The position numbers were made by a program, and so were the translations under genes. The notes beneath the pieces are model-generated. The model did no database searches and was not told the origin of the DNA. It worked only from the letters and a program-made list of their open reading frames with translations. 64,000 nt of DNA. Origin: Paraphysomonas bandaiensis. Its lineage: Eukaryota; Protista; Chrysophyceae. The stretch is taken from NCBI GenBank assembly GCA_965644295.1, contig CBFFRP010000400.1, positions 62,001-126,000 of the forward strand, in the 5' to 3' direction. This document shows positions 1 to 13,239 of this stretch, piece by piece (position 1 is the first letter of the stretch; each line of letters starts with the position of its first letter).

Positions 1-1238
1 GTCAAAGTACCTCTTGTGATTGGTCTGGTAGCACAGAGCCATCATACATAAAGCGCAGACATGGACAGCAATAATAACGGGCCAGTCCCATCCTTTTTCG
101 AGTCTTTCGTTCGTTTGCTCGTTTTGCACGAGCTGCTTTAGAGTCCTTGTCCTTAGATTGCTAATAGTAATATCGTGATTTACTGGATTTTTTAATGGTA
201 TTCGTTTCATACCTTCAATTTCTCTTCTCTGCGGATAGCCTCCAATTGATTCTTTTTATTTTCCCAAAACCTGAGTAACAGATGCATAAGAGCACTACCT
301 TTAGACAAAACACTTCTCAAAATTAGAATACGACAGGAGCCCTACCTTTTCCCCATTATATATCTCGTCATATTTATTTGTACAGAAAAGGCGGGCTGGA
401 AGAGTCGGGGGAATTCCTTGTGAAAATCTGATTCACTCTCAATTAATTGGCTCATAACAACATAAATAAAATTCCATGAATATGGCCATATCAATAACTA
501 CTAATAATAAGCCATGTCCATACGTTCAAATTCTTCGAAATCTACCCTGTCATCATCGCCGAACTTGAGGTTTTGCCAAGAAATCTTGATGTTACCCTGA
601 ACAGACAAAAGTCATAAAATGAGTGCAAGAAGGTGTCATGCTATCACAATACCTTTACTGTTTCTCCGTCCTCAACACGGTGAAGGATGTTCATAAGCAT
701 CTTCAGTTCGTCAGTCTCAAAATACCCATGCTTGTCTTGGTCGAATACAAAGAAACAAACTGTATCAAGCGTACATGAGCTAAAGCACGCTCAAAAGATA
801 TTTAATTTCTGGCGCATATACACCACATATAAATAATTACATTTTAATATTTCTCGCGGTTCAAACAGGCAGTAGGTCGTGACCATTAGAAGAAATGCAC
901 CAAAGTTGATTTTTCCATCATTTTCAATTTCTGATTAAGATTTTCAGATGACAATAAAAAGAGTAAAAGTACTTACCTAAAAGATCACATATACTATCAG
1001 TAAATATGGTACGCTTTTCTTCAATTGATTCAAATATTACAGATAGTTTAGCAAATCCTTTCAAACCAATTACACAGTTGTTCATATATGTATGTATATA
1101 TAACAAACCTGACTTCTCTTTATCATATCTACGAAATATCTTATAGAGCTTCTTGACCTCTTTTTGAGATAAATTTCCAAGTACAATAGCACGTTTAGCA
1201 TAATCATCAGGCTCTGGTACACTACCAGTAATACCCAT
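1..1238 (-). CDS. Multi-exon EF-hand calcium-binding protein (calcineurin B/CBL-like, N-terminal MG possible myristoylation); 3' end at or beyond the window edge
   Basis: Spliced translation: MGITGSVPEPDDYAKRAIVLGNLSQKEVKKLYKIFRRYDKEKSG|FAKLSVIFESIEEK...|EIENDGKINFGAFLLMVTTYCLFEPREILK|FCFFVFDQDKHGYFETDELKMLMNILH...GDDDRVDFEEFE; four EF-hand-like loops; GT-AG introns. Confidence 0.8.
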
Positions 1239-1644
1239 CTTAGAATATGACTGTTAATGTATATATATATACAATAAATCACTGATATTACATGCTAATG
1301 AAGGGATATAATGAGGGTGATGTGATGGTATACATACGGTGTAATGGTATGTAATAGGGGTGTTTGATTGGGGTAATGTGCCCTATGAAGGTAGAGATAT
1401 CACTACCAGACAGCACTATTCGAGTGAATGTAAGTTACAAGGCAGTAGAAAGATGGGAATGTAGCGTATGACTACTTGCGTTCTTGACTGCCTATATATA
1501 TATATACAGTATACAGTCAAAGTACAGAGTGGAGCTACACTGCAGAGGAGTGTAAATATCACATTTCCGTTGAATGTATGTGTGTTATGTACGTATGTAT
1601 GTATGTAGTGCTGTAGGTAGGTACGTAGGTACCGCTGTACATAC

Positions 1645-1742
1645 TATGTATGTATGTATGTATGTATGTATGTATGTATGTATGTATGTATGTATGTATG
1701 TATGTATGTATGTATGTATGTATGTATGTATGTATGTATGTA
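1645..1742. repeat. (TATG)n microsatellite between divergent genes
   Basis: About 24 perfect TATG units; source of the spurious MYVC N-terminus of ORF 1574..2599. Confidence 0.98.
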
Positions 1743-1879
1743 TAGGTACATGTACTGTAGGTGTACCTATCTATGTATGTATTTGTATATTGTTGAGGTG
1801 GTGGAGTGTGTTAAGAAGGTTTAAAGTCATCGCATCTCAGTTAGCATCATACACATACATATACCGAAACACACACACA

Positions 1880-3387
1880 ATGATACGTTCACTCTTTCAA
1901 TCCACACATTCATTTCGTACTATTCGTTCATCAATTCTAACCCGTCATACATCTACATGGCCATCATTTAGTGCTGAACATGCGGCTATATCAGAAATGT
2001 GTAAAGCATTTGCAGAAAAGGAATTAACACCCATAGCAAGTGATATTGATAAACACCACAAGTTTCCAGAGGAACAAATTAAAGCTATGGCAAGTCTTGG
2101 ATTAATGGGTATGATGGTTGATGAGCAATGGGGGGGATCTGGATTAGATTATATGTCATATGCTATTGCTATGGAGGAGATCAGTAGAGGATGTGCATCT
2201 GCAGGTGTTATTATGTCTGTAAACAATTCTTTATATTGTGCACCTGTTAAACAATGGGCAAATGATGAACAAAAAGAAATGTTTTTAAAACCAGTTGCTT
2301 CTGGTGAGAAATTGGGATGCTTTATGCTTACTGAACCTGGGAATGGAAGTGACGCTGGGGCTGCATCCACCACTGCAACTGATGGAGGTGATTGTTGGAT
2401 CATCAATGGCACTAAGGCTTGGATTACTAACGCCTATGAGGCTTCATATGGTATATTTTATTCCCAATGTAGTTGCCCTTCTATTTACCTGACTCCAGGT
2501 CTCTTACTGGCGACGACGGACAAGAGCTTGAAGCACAAGGGTATATCTGCTTTTGTTGTGGATATGAAAACGCCTGGTGTATCTCTGGGTAAGTTATAAC
2601 TGTGTACTGTTTAAAACGTGTTTTGTGGGGTAGTATATTTATGTCTTTTGGTAAAGGTAAGAAAGAGGACAAGTTAGGCATCAGAGGATCTTCTACTGCA
2701 GCTGTTATATTTGAAGATTGCCGTATTCCTAAGAATAGTCTAATTGGACCTCCTGGTGCTGGTTTTAAGGTGAGAATAGGGCGTGTATTACTTAAATTGT
2801 AAGTAGATGTTCCATCGATTTGAAGGTGGCAATGGGAACACTTGATGGCGGACGTATCGGCATTGCAGCACAGGCCCTTGGAATTGCACAGGTATTATTT
2901 ATAAGAGATTCGTGTATTCCGTTGAGTGGACTGAGTCATTTTATTCTTTAGGCATCTCTTGACTGTGCAACGGCCTATGCCCTGGAACGTAAGGCATTTG
3001 GAACGTCTATCTCGAATATGTATGCAATCCAAGAGAAACTGGCTGATATGTCGACGAAGACCAGCGCATCCAGACTGCTCACTTGGAATGCTGCTATGCA
3101 TGCGGATAAGTTAGTAGTTGAGTGATTTTCATTACATTTTCATTTATTACTGTTTTAGCGGACTGCCATTTACGAAAGAAGCCGCACAAGCGAAATTAAT
3201 GGCTTCCGAAACGGCCACATTCTGTAGTCATCAGGCTATCCAGGTATTGGGAGGAATGGGTTATGTCAGTGACATGCCCGCGGAGAGGCACTATCGGGAT
3301 GCTCGTATCACGGAAATATATGAGGGAACGTCTGAAATACAAAGATTAGTAATCGCCGGACAGGTACTGAAGGAGTATAAGCCTTAA
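1880..3387 (+). CDS. ACADS: Mitochondrial short-chain acyl-CoA dehydrogenase, 6 exons
   Basis: Presequence-like [18 protein letters not shown]; motifs [78 protein letters not shown]; exons join in frame across GT-AG introns. Confidence 0.95.
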
Positions 3388-4711
3388 AGCTCGCCCGTGA
3401 GATATTGTCTCAATGTGTATGGTTATGTGGGAAATGTAGTATTGTCGAGCAGTCGGAGATATTGTTCTTGTGAGATCATATAATGCTAACCATTTATTTT
3501 CATTTTGGTAACGCAGTTTAGTCTGAGCATTCTGAAGAACCCAATATATTACGTAGTATAGCTGTGTTGCCAGATTGTGTATAGTATATAGTCAGGACTA
3601 GGGAACAATTGTCAATTGTCCTCCAACATTCAGGTTCTGCTCAAGTGGTTGAATACGTACTCTATATTAGATTAAAATGTAGTTTTTATTAGCTAATAAA
3701 GAAGCCAAACTCTGCAGCGCACTCAAGATGGGAAGTTTTCATAAATACAAGCTAAAAACGATAAAACTTCATCTTATGTATGTCGTATGTGTACCTATCA
3801 TATATGTGTGTATATGTATGTATGTATGTATAGGTACCTGTACAGGACTGGTTATGTCATCAAAACATAATCCATAGATTAGATTCTCATCCACTGGAGC
3901 CAGGAATAGAGCCACTGTGAAGTTCGCTAGTTTACGTGTGAGTAATTAATGTGCGGTTAGTTAAGTAGCACAACATAATAGTCGAAATTATTATATTACA
4001 ATAGGACATTACATTAAAGTTAATCTTGCACTGCATGTAATCCTTCAACTTGCGTTGTTGCAGACAACATAATTTTGACTTTCACACTTAAATTTAAACA
4101 CTTTAAATCATATTCATGCAATATCCGTTCTTAATCACATCTGTCTACCATATGTTCACTAGTCGATATTATATCCATTAATTACGTACATACATTATTT
4201 GTAATAGCAGTCACGCAGTCACGCGGTCACCCTTTACTACTACGTAAATTTTGACCTATTGCACACTACTAACTCACTTCAATAGCACAATATAAACCAT
4301 GTATTTAGCAGAGCCCAAGCGCTTAAATAATATATCAATACTTGGAACCACTTTTTTATGTACACTCTGAACATATATACTCTACAAAAAATTAAATAAA
4401 ATCTGTCATATAGTCCTGAAGTAAATAATAATAATTTCCGAACCACTGTGTTGGTCATATTTTTTGACTTCTCTAGTTAATTTTTCAATGCTGATTTTCT
4501 GATAAGGATGTCCGCTTCATTCATGTATCTCTATTGTTTCATGAAAAGAAAAACAATTGCCCCAAAACTAGGAACGTAAATATAAAGTGGAATGGCGACT
4601 TTCAGAAAAATACATGCTGAAATATATTATTCACATCAATACGCGTTATGTACAAAAGTCGTCCTATAGATAAGAAAAAGATATATCATATCACAATAAA
4701 GTGCACAATGA

Positions 4712-7700
4712 TTACTTCTTTCTGTTCTTCTTTTCTTGCCAAGTTCGCAACAATTCGTCTTCTGCGTTTCTCAGATCTTTTATAGCCTTTCTCAATCCAT
4801 AAGTAACCTAGATAGACGTATACACATGAAACAGACACACAATTGTAAGTATGGACACAGGTAAAGCCTTTACGTAACATAAAATACATACATACCACAA
4901 ATACATATCATAAAATTGTTACCACAATAAGCTATGTTGAACTACTCACCTCGTGGTACTTGTCATATACACCACCCAGTGATAATTTCCTCTCAACCCA
5001 CGATGCATCTCTATTATTACTACGAAAGAAATCCGCTTTCCATTCCGATATTTTCATTTTCAATTCTCGCTTTTCCTTCATGAGCGCATGTATTTCTTCT
5101 CTCAGAGGAGTAAAGAATCCCACAAGGGCATCTAGTTCTGTCTGCGGAATAGTCTCGCGAAACTGTTGCGACGCCTTGTTAACTTTCTCGTCGTCAGAGT
5201 CGTCACCTTGCAACATGCCTGATGGATTCACACTGCTCCGACGACGAGAAGATCGTCTGAGAGAACTGCTACGACGACTACTAGTTCCCGTTCGCGGTGA
5301 TGCAGTACTTGGTGCACCACTAAGAGTGCGGGTAGACAATGGTTGAGAAGGTGGAACATCACTTGGAAAAGCGTCATCATCTTCCTTACCAGAGTCCTCA
5401 CCTTTTTCTTCATCTTTCACTTCCGTTACCTTGTCTTCATCTTTCACTTCCGTGTCCTTGCCTTCATCTCTCAAGTCCGTTTCCTTGTCTTCAGCTATAT
5501 TTTCTTCAATCGGATCAACGTTAATCTCGTCGTCAATATCATCACTTTCAATTCCACGAAGCTCATTCCATTCTTTACTGTATCGTTCCCGTATCTCACG
5601 GAGCAAGGCCTCTTCGTCGATTTCTTCCGCTTCATATACTGTTTCGTCTGTCCGATTGGTCAATTCTTCTTGTACAGGAGTAGTGGCACGTTGTATAGGC
5701 TCAGCTTGCACTACAATAGTGAATATAATGTCGGCCAACAATTGACGAATAACGTCATCGGAGTCTTCTTCTATTGGTGTCGACACATCTGTTCTATCTC
5801 CCTGGCTACTATTTTCATCATCGTTTCTGGGATGTTCACCATGGAGTTGCCTATCTTTTAGGATTTTCTCTCGCTTTCGTCGATTATCCGCTTCTTCCCA
5901 TCTTTTTCTTCGTCTGTCAGATTCAGCCCTTTCATCTTCCAACATCTGTGCCATATTATCCCCAAGTTGCCTGATCTTTCTCCTCGCCCGACGGCCCCTA
6001 ATATGGCACGAAATTATGAATAGTCAAGCATACTATAGCAGCAGAAGATTCATACATAACAGGGTCTGTTAATAAAACCACCAGTAAAATATACACGATA
6101 AATACCGAAATAGTCTCTGTATATTAGTTACAGCTAGGATCTGATCTTCTCTGATGGATTTTAAGGGTGACGAGAACCATTTATTTCTAGGTAGCACAGA
6201 AAGGCGCTCACGAATCTCCTCGAAAATGAGCTAAAACACGACATTCATTTAGCAAGAACACCAAATGCTAATAAAAATCGTATTACGAATAAAGAATGAT
6301 ACTCAATCTCATTATCATAAAATACAGTACCTTGCTCCTGAGAAAGCGCCCTTCTTTAGATAAGCACGATATGAGCTCATCTTCGCTTCTCGCATGGAGT
6401 AATTTATCTCTGAGTAACTATACACATGCCGCAATGATTGACTGGTTGTGATACAAAGATTCATGTCTACACTTCGTATACTCATGCTTCTCAAAGACGA
6501 GGGTTACATACCTTTAAAAGGGCGCAACATAACACTGGCATTATGTTCTCCCAGTCGCGCGGCTTACCACCCCACATCACTAACTGATCCCATATGAAAA
6601 AAATCGCAAACTCTGGTACATACCCGACAAAACCTGACAAATTGAGGGGCTTAGTACAATTTATTTGCGTTGTTACACTGAGCGCCTACACATGTTCAGC
6701 CAATAGAATATATATAACTCTCTTTTCCTGTAACTCTTACCGGTCTCCAACCAATCTCGAAGTAGCCTGTAGCATCCTGGAGGTTGAATAACGTGAATGA
6801 ATTGCCCCCCAGCTTTCTTTGACCTGGGTGATTGATTCTCATGTTGAATTACATCCGGACGCCGCGGGCTCCTGCTAGTAGCACTTGTGCGATGAGTTTT
6901 AATTCCGACAGAGCCCTCGTCACGAGATTCCAAATATTTCTGCATTACGATACAACCAATAATCAATACAATTTAACACGTGTATAGATTCCCCTATGAC
7001 GTACTTTGAAACATTGCGTCACAAAAAGAACATAACAACATCAATATGCGAGTATAGATTACTGCTTAATATGCCGCACCTGCAAATGGTAATAAAGTTC
7101 AGGGTCCTCTTTTGACAGCAACACAAATGCCGCCGCAGCCACAGAGGAAATGTTGTATTTGTGATGAAGTTGTTCTGATGGAAGGCACGCAGTATATATT
7201 CTCATCAAAAACTTCAATGTCTTTTCTGAGACTGGTGTTGACGCTGGAAAGCACATCAAAAGAAGTAGAGCAATGGAAGCTATTCGGTCGTTGATATCAC
7301 CTAATCCACAGAAAATATTAATAATATTAATATGTAAACGCATTATACTATAGCGACAAATAGAGGCTATAGCGACAAATGCAGCGACAGTATGTGTAAT
7401 GTTGTAGCACCAGAGTACAGTATAATTATCACCGGTCAAAATGTAGGCCGCTCGAACCAATAATTCTGCCCTCCTGCATATCGCCATTTCATTCATGAGT
7501 TCAAAATGAGAAGGAAAAGGTCGAAAGTTATTTTTCCCACATTGTCGCGGTGGTAATTCGACAGTTGGAACCTTATGAGTTCGAGGCAACGCGTTCGTCT
7601 GAAGTATATTCGTTGGAGGAGGAGGAGGCTCAAACCCGCTTAATTCATCGTCAGGATTCGATTTAAACTGCTGCTCGTATAAATTATACGCAGCTTTGCA

Positions 7701-9724
7701 AGCAGTAGTAACGAAAGGATCATTGTGCTTCAAGGGACGACAATTGACAATTCGCTGGTTCGGCCGCACTGAATTATAGCTCTCCCCCGAAGAAAAGTGT
7801 GAAATGGAATTATTTTGGGGAAGTGCGCGCTCTTTCGCTAATGCAAAGCTTATAGGAAATCCTTTAGCAAACATCCGTTGCACTGCACCTCTCGCAAGAT
7901 CTATGAAAATTGTTCAAAGGCATTTTCACATACTCACTTACATTTATATCATCACATATCACACTTCAATGATATGACACGATAAATATGGAACATTAAC
8001 GATCGCACCTGTAACTGAAGCAGCTTTCTTTCGCCCAAAACTTCCATCTCGTCCAATATTAGACAGAAAAGTCGATCTTCCTAACTCTTCTGCTGTAGTA
8101 ACAGGACTAGTATGCGCCAAAATATCTGCTGGCATACCGCGCTCAGATCCTGTTCGATATAGCCAATCACAATTAAAATTACATGCGACAATTGATAAGA
8201 AATATTTCAAAAATATCTGCACATAAACAAGGGTGGTTAAAACTTACCAAGGCGTTCCAACTCTAACATCCAAGTTATACTTTCTGGTCGATCATACCAT
8301 TCCCTACACCACGTTTAACACACGATACAACGATTGAAGTGCTAAAATGTTTCCAAGCGATTGAGATAGCTCTTCAGGTATACAGTTAGCGAAGGGAACA
8401 CATTCCACATGCTGTTTCAAACACATGCACATAACTTACTTCCTTAATACTCTATGTATCCACATTGGTCCCCGCAAAGATTCCGGTAATAATGTCCCTT
8501 GCAGTTTCTCGCAGAGCTTTTCCATATCTAAATCATAGGCACAACATTAGTCTAGACAGCACATGCAGAAGCATTGTTGACGGGCATTCACTGGCAGATA
8601 AACGTAGTACATAAATTCCACAATATACAAATTCATATAACAACCTAGCGACATAAAATTATCTGAAATGTCGATGGCTTCCCCTTCAATAGCGCCGTCG
8701 ACAAGAGCGCTATGGTTCATTTGTGCGTAGGCCTCACTCTGCACCCGCTTCGAAAAATCTAACGGTGTAACGGGTCGATAACTACTTTCATGTTTGATTC
8801 CAATATGTGAAAGAGAGGGATGTGCAGGTACGGCAACTGACGGAGTCATAGCCAACATTGGCAATATCGTTTGGCGATGTAGAAGAGCGACAACGAACCA
8901 TCCGTATATGTTGTCGTCGTCGCGATTAAGTACACTGCCACGCCGAACAATTCTGTGATATACAACTTACTATATCCTCTCATACAATTAAAATAATATT
9001 TCTAACAACACAATCAACATATTGTTACTACACAGTGCGATAACGATGCCTTCCACATCATGATGCTTTTGTAAATATACTTACGGGTCATCAGACGCCG
9101 AGGATTCCCCAGTCACATAGATTTGAAAACACCTCGAGGCTATGCTTAGCATGAATTTTTTCGCCTTAATAGTTTGCGGTTCCAGTGCGCGTGCTACAGC
9201 TTGTTTGCGTATACATGCATGAAGCTGCAGTTCACATTACAACTTTGCAGAAGCATATAGCACACATACACAGGAAGAACCAACAGTATACCTGAGTTAG
9301 TATAGTAGTGAGTAATTGCTGTCGCTGCATCTTTCTCAAATACGGCTACAAAAGAGCAATCACAAACGAATTAGGATTCATATATTAACCTCACGCAGCA
9401 GCTCGGGAGTGTATTCACCACTACACTTCCATAACCTCCGCATGTTAGGCCCAACTACATGCAGTACCAACTGAACAAAATTAAAAGATGTAAGTCAATA
9501 TCATCACATGAATCACCTGTTTATGTAGTTCTTCATCCAAGCGGTTTTTGTTCGGGCATTCTTTCAAATCCGCCGAAATGCGAGAAAATAGCTATACGCA
9601 ATAGAGCTGTTACGACTACTATAATAAACACTGAGTTACTGTCTACCTCAGACCATTCTGGAGATATACAAGTGTACTCAATACAATGTCGAAGGATCCA
9701 TTTCTCTCTTTCTAATGTGTTCAT
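4712..9724 (-). CDS. Large multi-exon protein with a TBC/Rab-GAP-like helical region and an acidic, coiled-coil C-terminal region
   Basis: Exons join from MNTLEREKWILRHC (9724) to ...RTWQEKKNRKK* (4712). TBC-like segments: LPESLRGPMW, LLSKEDPELYYHL, FAIFFIWDQLVMWGG...LCCALLK. Includes track ORFs 7059..7883 and 4932..5954. Domain call is by motif resemblance only. Confidence 0.65.
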
Positions 9725-10253
9725 TTGTTCAGTTAAACGAAATCACAATACTCTATCATCTTAATAAAATATAATACACCCTATCTTAGACTCATTCACA
9801 GATTAGATGCACTAGAATTAAGGTAGCTAGAATATATTTCTTAAACTATTGCCAGGAATTAGCTTCACTGTGTGCTGCTGTATGATGCAATCCTCGTATA
9901 GTAATCCAAAAAAGCCGTTACCAGCCATATATTTTCAGTTTCCAGCAGCGTCTGTTCAAGATTCACATCTGTTCATCACATCAACCACCACAGACCCATA
10001 TATGTACACACCACATTTCCTATTTTCAGTTTCCTACACTATCTCTTCAAGATCCACCTTTGTACACCACCGTTCTTCTTTTATTTTCAGTTTATAATTG
10101 CATCTGTTCAAGATACTTGGCTGTTATGTATCATATGTCTCCTATTCACCACCACTCAATGCATGTATATGTCCACAGCTCGTCATGTATATCAACCCAC
10201 TTATCTTGCATTATTTACAATAGTTACGTGTTAATAACATCATAATATTAGAA

Positions 10254-10659
10254 ATGTTTGCTATCTCTAAACTCGCCAGGGCTATTCCCCGCCAGTCTTT
10301 TGTGTAAGTCAACCTTTATTCCTGTTCTTTTGGCTCTGTTTAATTTGTTATCTTTCAATAGCGCCACTGCGGCATTCTCCCGCACCACCGGGACTGTCAA
10401 ATTCTTTGATGTCGCCAAGGGATTTGGATTTATTACTCCTGATGATGGATCTGATGACGTGTTTGTGCACCAGTCAGCTATCCACGCTGAGGGATTCCGC
10501 TCTCTTGCTGAGGGAGAGCCAGTCGAATTTAACACTGAGATGGACACCGGAAAAGGAAAGACTTTTGCTAGCAACGTCACTGGTCCCGAGGGCGCATACG
10601 TCCAGGGCGCTCCTCGTCAGCCCAGGAGAAATTCCTTCGATGATGATTTTGGCCGTTAA
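10254..10659 (+). CDS. Cold-shock domain protein with probable mitochondrial presequence (intron 10304-10361)
   Basis: Spliced: [73 protein letters not shown]; RNP1 KGFGFI and RNP2 VFVH; donor gtaagt, acceptor caatag. Confidence 0.92.
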
Positions 10660-11294
10660 ACAGTAGTTACTAGCTCCACATGTAGTTCATGTTTATACCG
10701 CACCAGCCCATCTGTAGCAATGAAGCATGTACCCTATTGCGTGATACCACTTTGCACATGAGAATAGAACATTTCCGGCTTCATTCTATAAATAATATTT
10801 ATATTATCAGAAATGATCGAATACATTGTTGCTGGCCCCAATAATTAGATAATTAGTCACTGTGACTTCTTGTATTGCGTAAAAAAGAGTAGTAGATTCC
10901 ATATATCGATTGATAATCAATATTGGCTGTGCGATTTATTCACACCAGGTGCGTGGTTATAAATGATGCTCTGACTCCCCTGTACACGTCATAGCTATTT
11001 CAGTATCAATCTATTGTCCTTAATTTACAAAGAAATAGCTATTTACATTGATTATGACCAGAGCAGTAGAGTAAAAAAGAATGATAACATCAAATAGAAT
11101 TTAGCAATACAGTTCACTGCTTCTCAAGTGAAGTATTTCATCACAGCTGATTTGCTACTAGGGGACTGATTTATTACTTAACTTTTTATACTCTTTTCGC
11201 TTTTACTTTACACTCTCATACGACAGTTACTTCAGTGTTTTATACAGTTTGTGAATGATTCTATCAGATTCTATCAATGCTTTCCATCCCCTAG

Positions 11295-11531
11295 ATTATG
11301 CTGAGCTTCTCGTGACCATGCATGACTCAGTATAGGTCTAGCGTAGCACTAGCTGAGCCCCCTCTTCCCCTAGCATGCGCAGGGCTTTTTGTCACCATGC
11401 ATGGGTTATGCAAGTATAGTGTAGATCTAGTTGGAGCTTGCTTGTCATCACACAATAAGTACGCAGGGATTATAATAACAATCTATACTTGCTTAATTTA
11501 ATCAACACTAGGGCACGCTCTCGGAATGGGG
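11295..11531. mobile_element. 5'-truncated copy of TIR element X (MITE-like), homologous to 37840-38230
   Basis: Aligns by eye with 37985-38230 (gagcttctcgtg.ccatgcatgactc.gtatagg.ctagc ... actagggcacgctctc.gaatg.g); ends in the right TIR. Confidence 0.7.
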
Positions 11532-12750
11532 ATATACATACTCTTTAATTACATGTCAATGGATCTGCTTCTGGCTGCAAACACAGCTACTAGTGTGGGA
11601 GCACAACTTAACTCCTGCTCTCTACCAGTACCGTTAACTTGGCCACATGCTACCCAATACGTTTACTAGTAGGTTACGTTATTGGTTGAATTACGCAAGA
11701 GGCTACAATTGACCACAAGGCAAATCAGAACCAAATGGGGTACTGTTGTATCGCTTCAGCGACTCTTACTTTAAAAATACAATCCAATATGCAATGGAAG
11801 CACTTATACCCTTCGTCCAAAGAATGGGCCTATTAGTTTTTGAACAATAATTCAAGTATCAAAGATAATATCCTGTTATTGCATGTATTATTATCGAAGT
11901 ACTGAAATAAGTGTGTTCTAGTTTTGGTAGCAATATAATGAAGCCTGCAACATGAGATCTTGCACAAGAGGTCACTATACTCTCCATCTATATTCTCAGA
12001 ACATTATATTAGATATTAGTATAGTGTTCAACATAATAACTAAGGCATATCCTGAAAGATACTGGAATGGATTGCTTTAAAAAATTTCTGGTGTTTTTAT
12101 ATACAGCAGTAACTACAACCGTCAAAATTTGGGGATTTTCTCACAGTTTCTGTGAAAAAACATATCACTCCCCGAAAATACTGGCACTTTCCAACTTTCC
12201 CTATAGAAAGCCTTCACAATTCTAGATATTCCTGATTTATATCCTATAAAATCATCATATAGTGCGTCGAACTCTTGTATTGCTTGTATATGACATACAG
12301 TCACTCCGCATTATAGTCACCACGTACAAATACACAGACTTTGTGACATCATGAAAACCCCTCTTTTTTCTTAATCGATCTGAAAACATGGGGTATTCAT
12401 GCCCTCCTGGAAGCCAATGCAGTCGCTCATTCAACAACTCGCTTGCTGTTGTGAAGTGAAGTGAAGGAAGTTAAGCGATCTCACTCATAGCGTATGAAGA
12501 TCTCCAGGTGTCTGTATATTCATGGGGTTACTTCACTGACCACTCCTCCTCCTCATAACACTGATAGGCTATACAGATGCTGCATATACATACACATACA
12601 CTGTGAAGTAGATATGCATATATGAATTAATTGCTATGTTTGTTGTGATATGCTCTCCGAGCCATCAATATATTGTGTGGTGTGTGCGCGTATCTTAGAC
12701 AGTCACAATGTGTAATCAATGGATATAAGAACGACTAGGTTTAATACTAT

Positions 12751-12845
12751 ATTTGGTTAGGTTGAGTCATTTATTGCTTTGACTAGGTTTTTACACCGAA
12801 AATAGTATGACTAGGAAATTCAACCAAATTGACTAGGTTGAATAA
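12751..12845. repeat. Dispersed repeat Y with reiterated GACTAGG motif (DNA-transposon subterminal-like), homologous to 39033-39127
   Basis: Shared ctaggtttttacacc.aaa...ccaaattgactaggttgaataa; roughly 80% identical by eye. Confidence 0.75.
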
Positions 12846-13239
12846 TATATCTCGGACTGTTGGGTAATCAGTTCATTCATTGTATGTACAGTTATTGCTC
12901 TTCTGTTACATGCGCAAGCAATAATGCATGAGAACTAGATGGTACTGTAATGAACTATGAGATTAGGTGAAATTTATGTATGCTCAAGATTTGTCGTTAA
13001 TTTGCAGCAAACGCATGCATGTGTATGATGCATGTGTATGTATGTATGTGCATGTGTATGTATGTGTGTATGTAATTCACTCGATTTGGATTTTAAAATG
13101 CTCTCTTTATCTATATACTAAATAATAATCATGAGATTTCTATTATTTCTTGTCTGATTTAGAATAATAGACACCTAAAAAATAGGCCATAATGCATAAT
13201 ACATCCAAACAACCCTACTATGCTGCAGTGGCATTTCCC

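Noticed and set aside
10258-10361. Signal peptide-like N-terminus on the cold-shock ORF
   Set aside because: It derives from reading through a 58-nt intron from a non-ATG start.
12122-12480. Short minus-strand ORFs with faint similarity to 24060-24480
   Set aside because: Possibly a shared decayed element, but similarity is too weak to support by eye.
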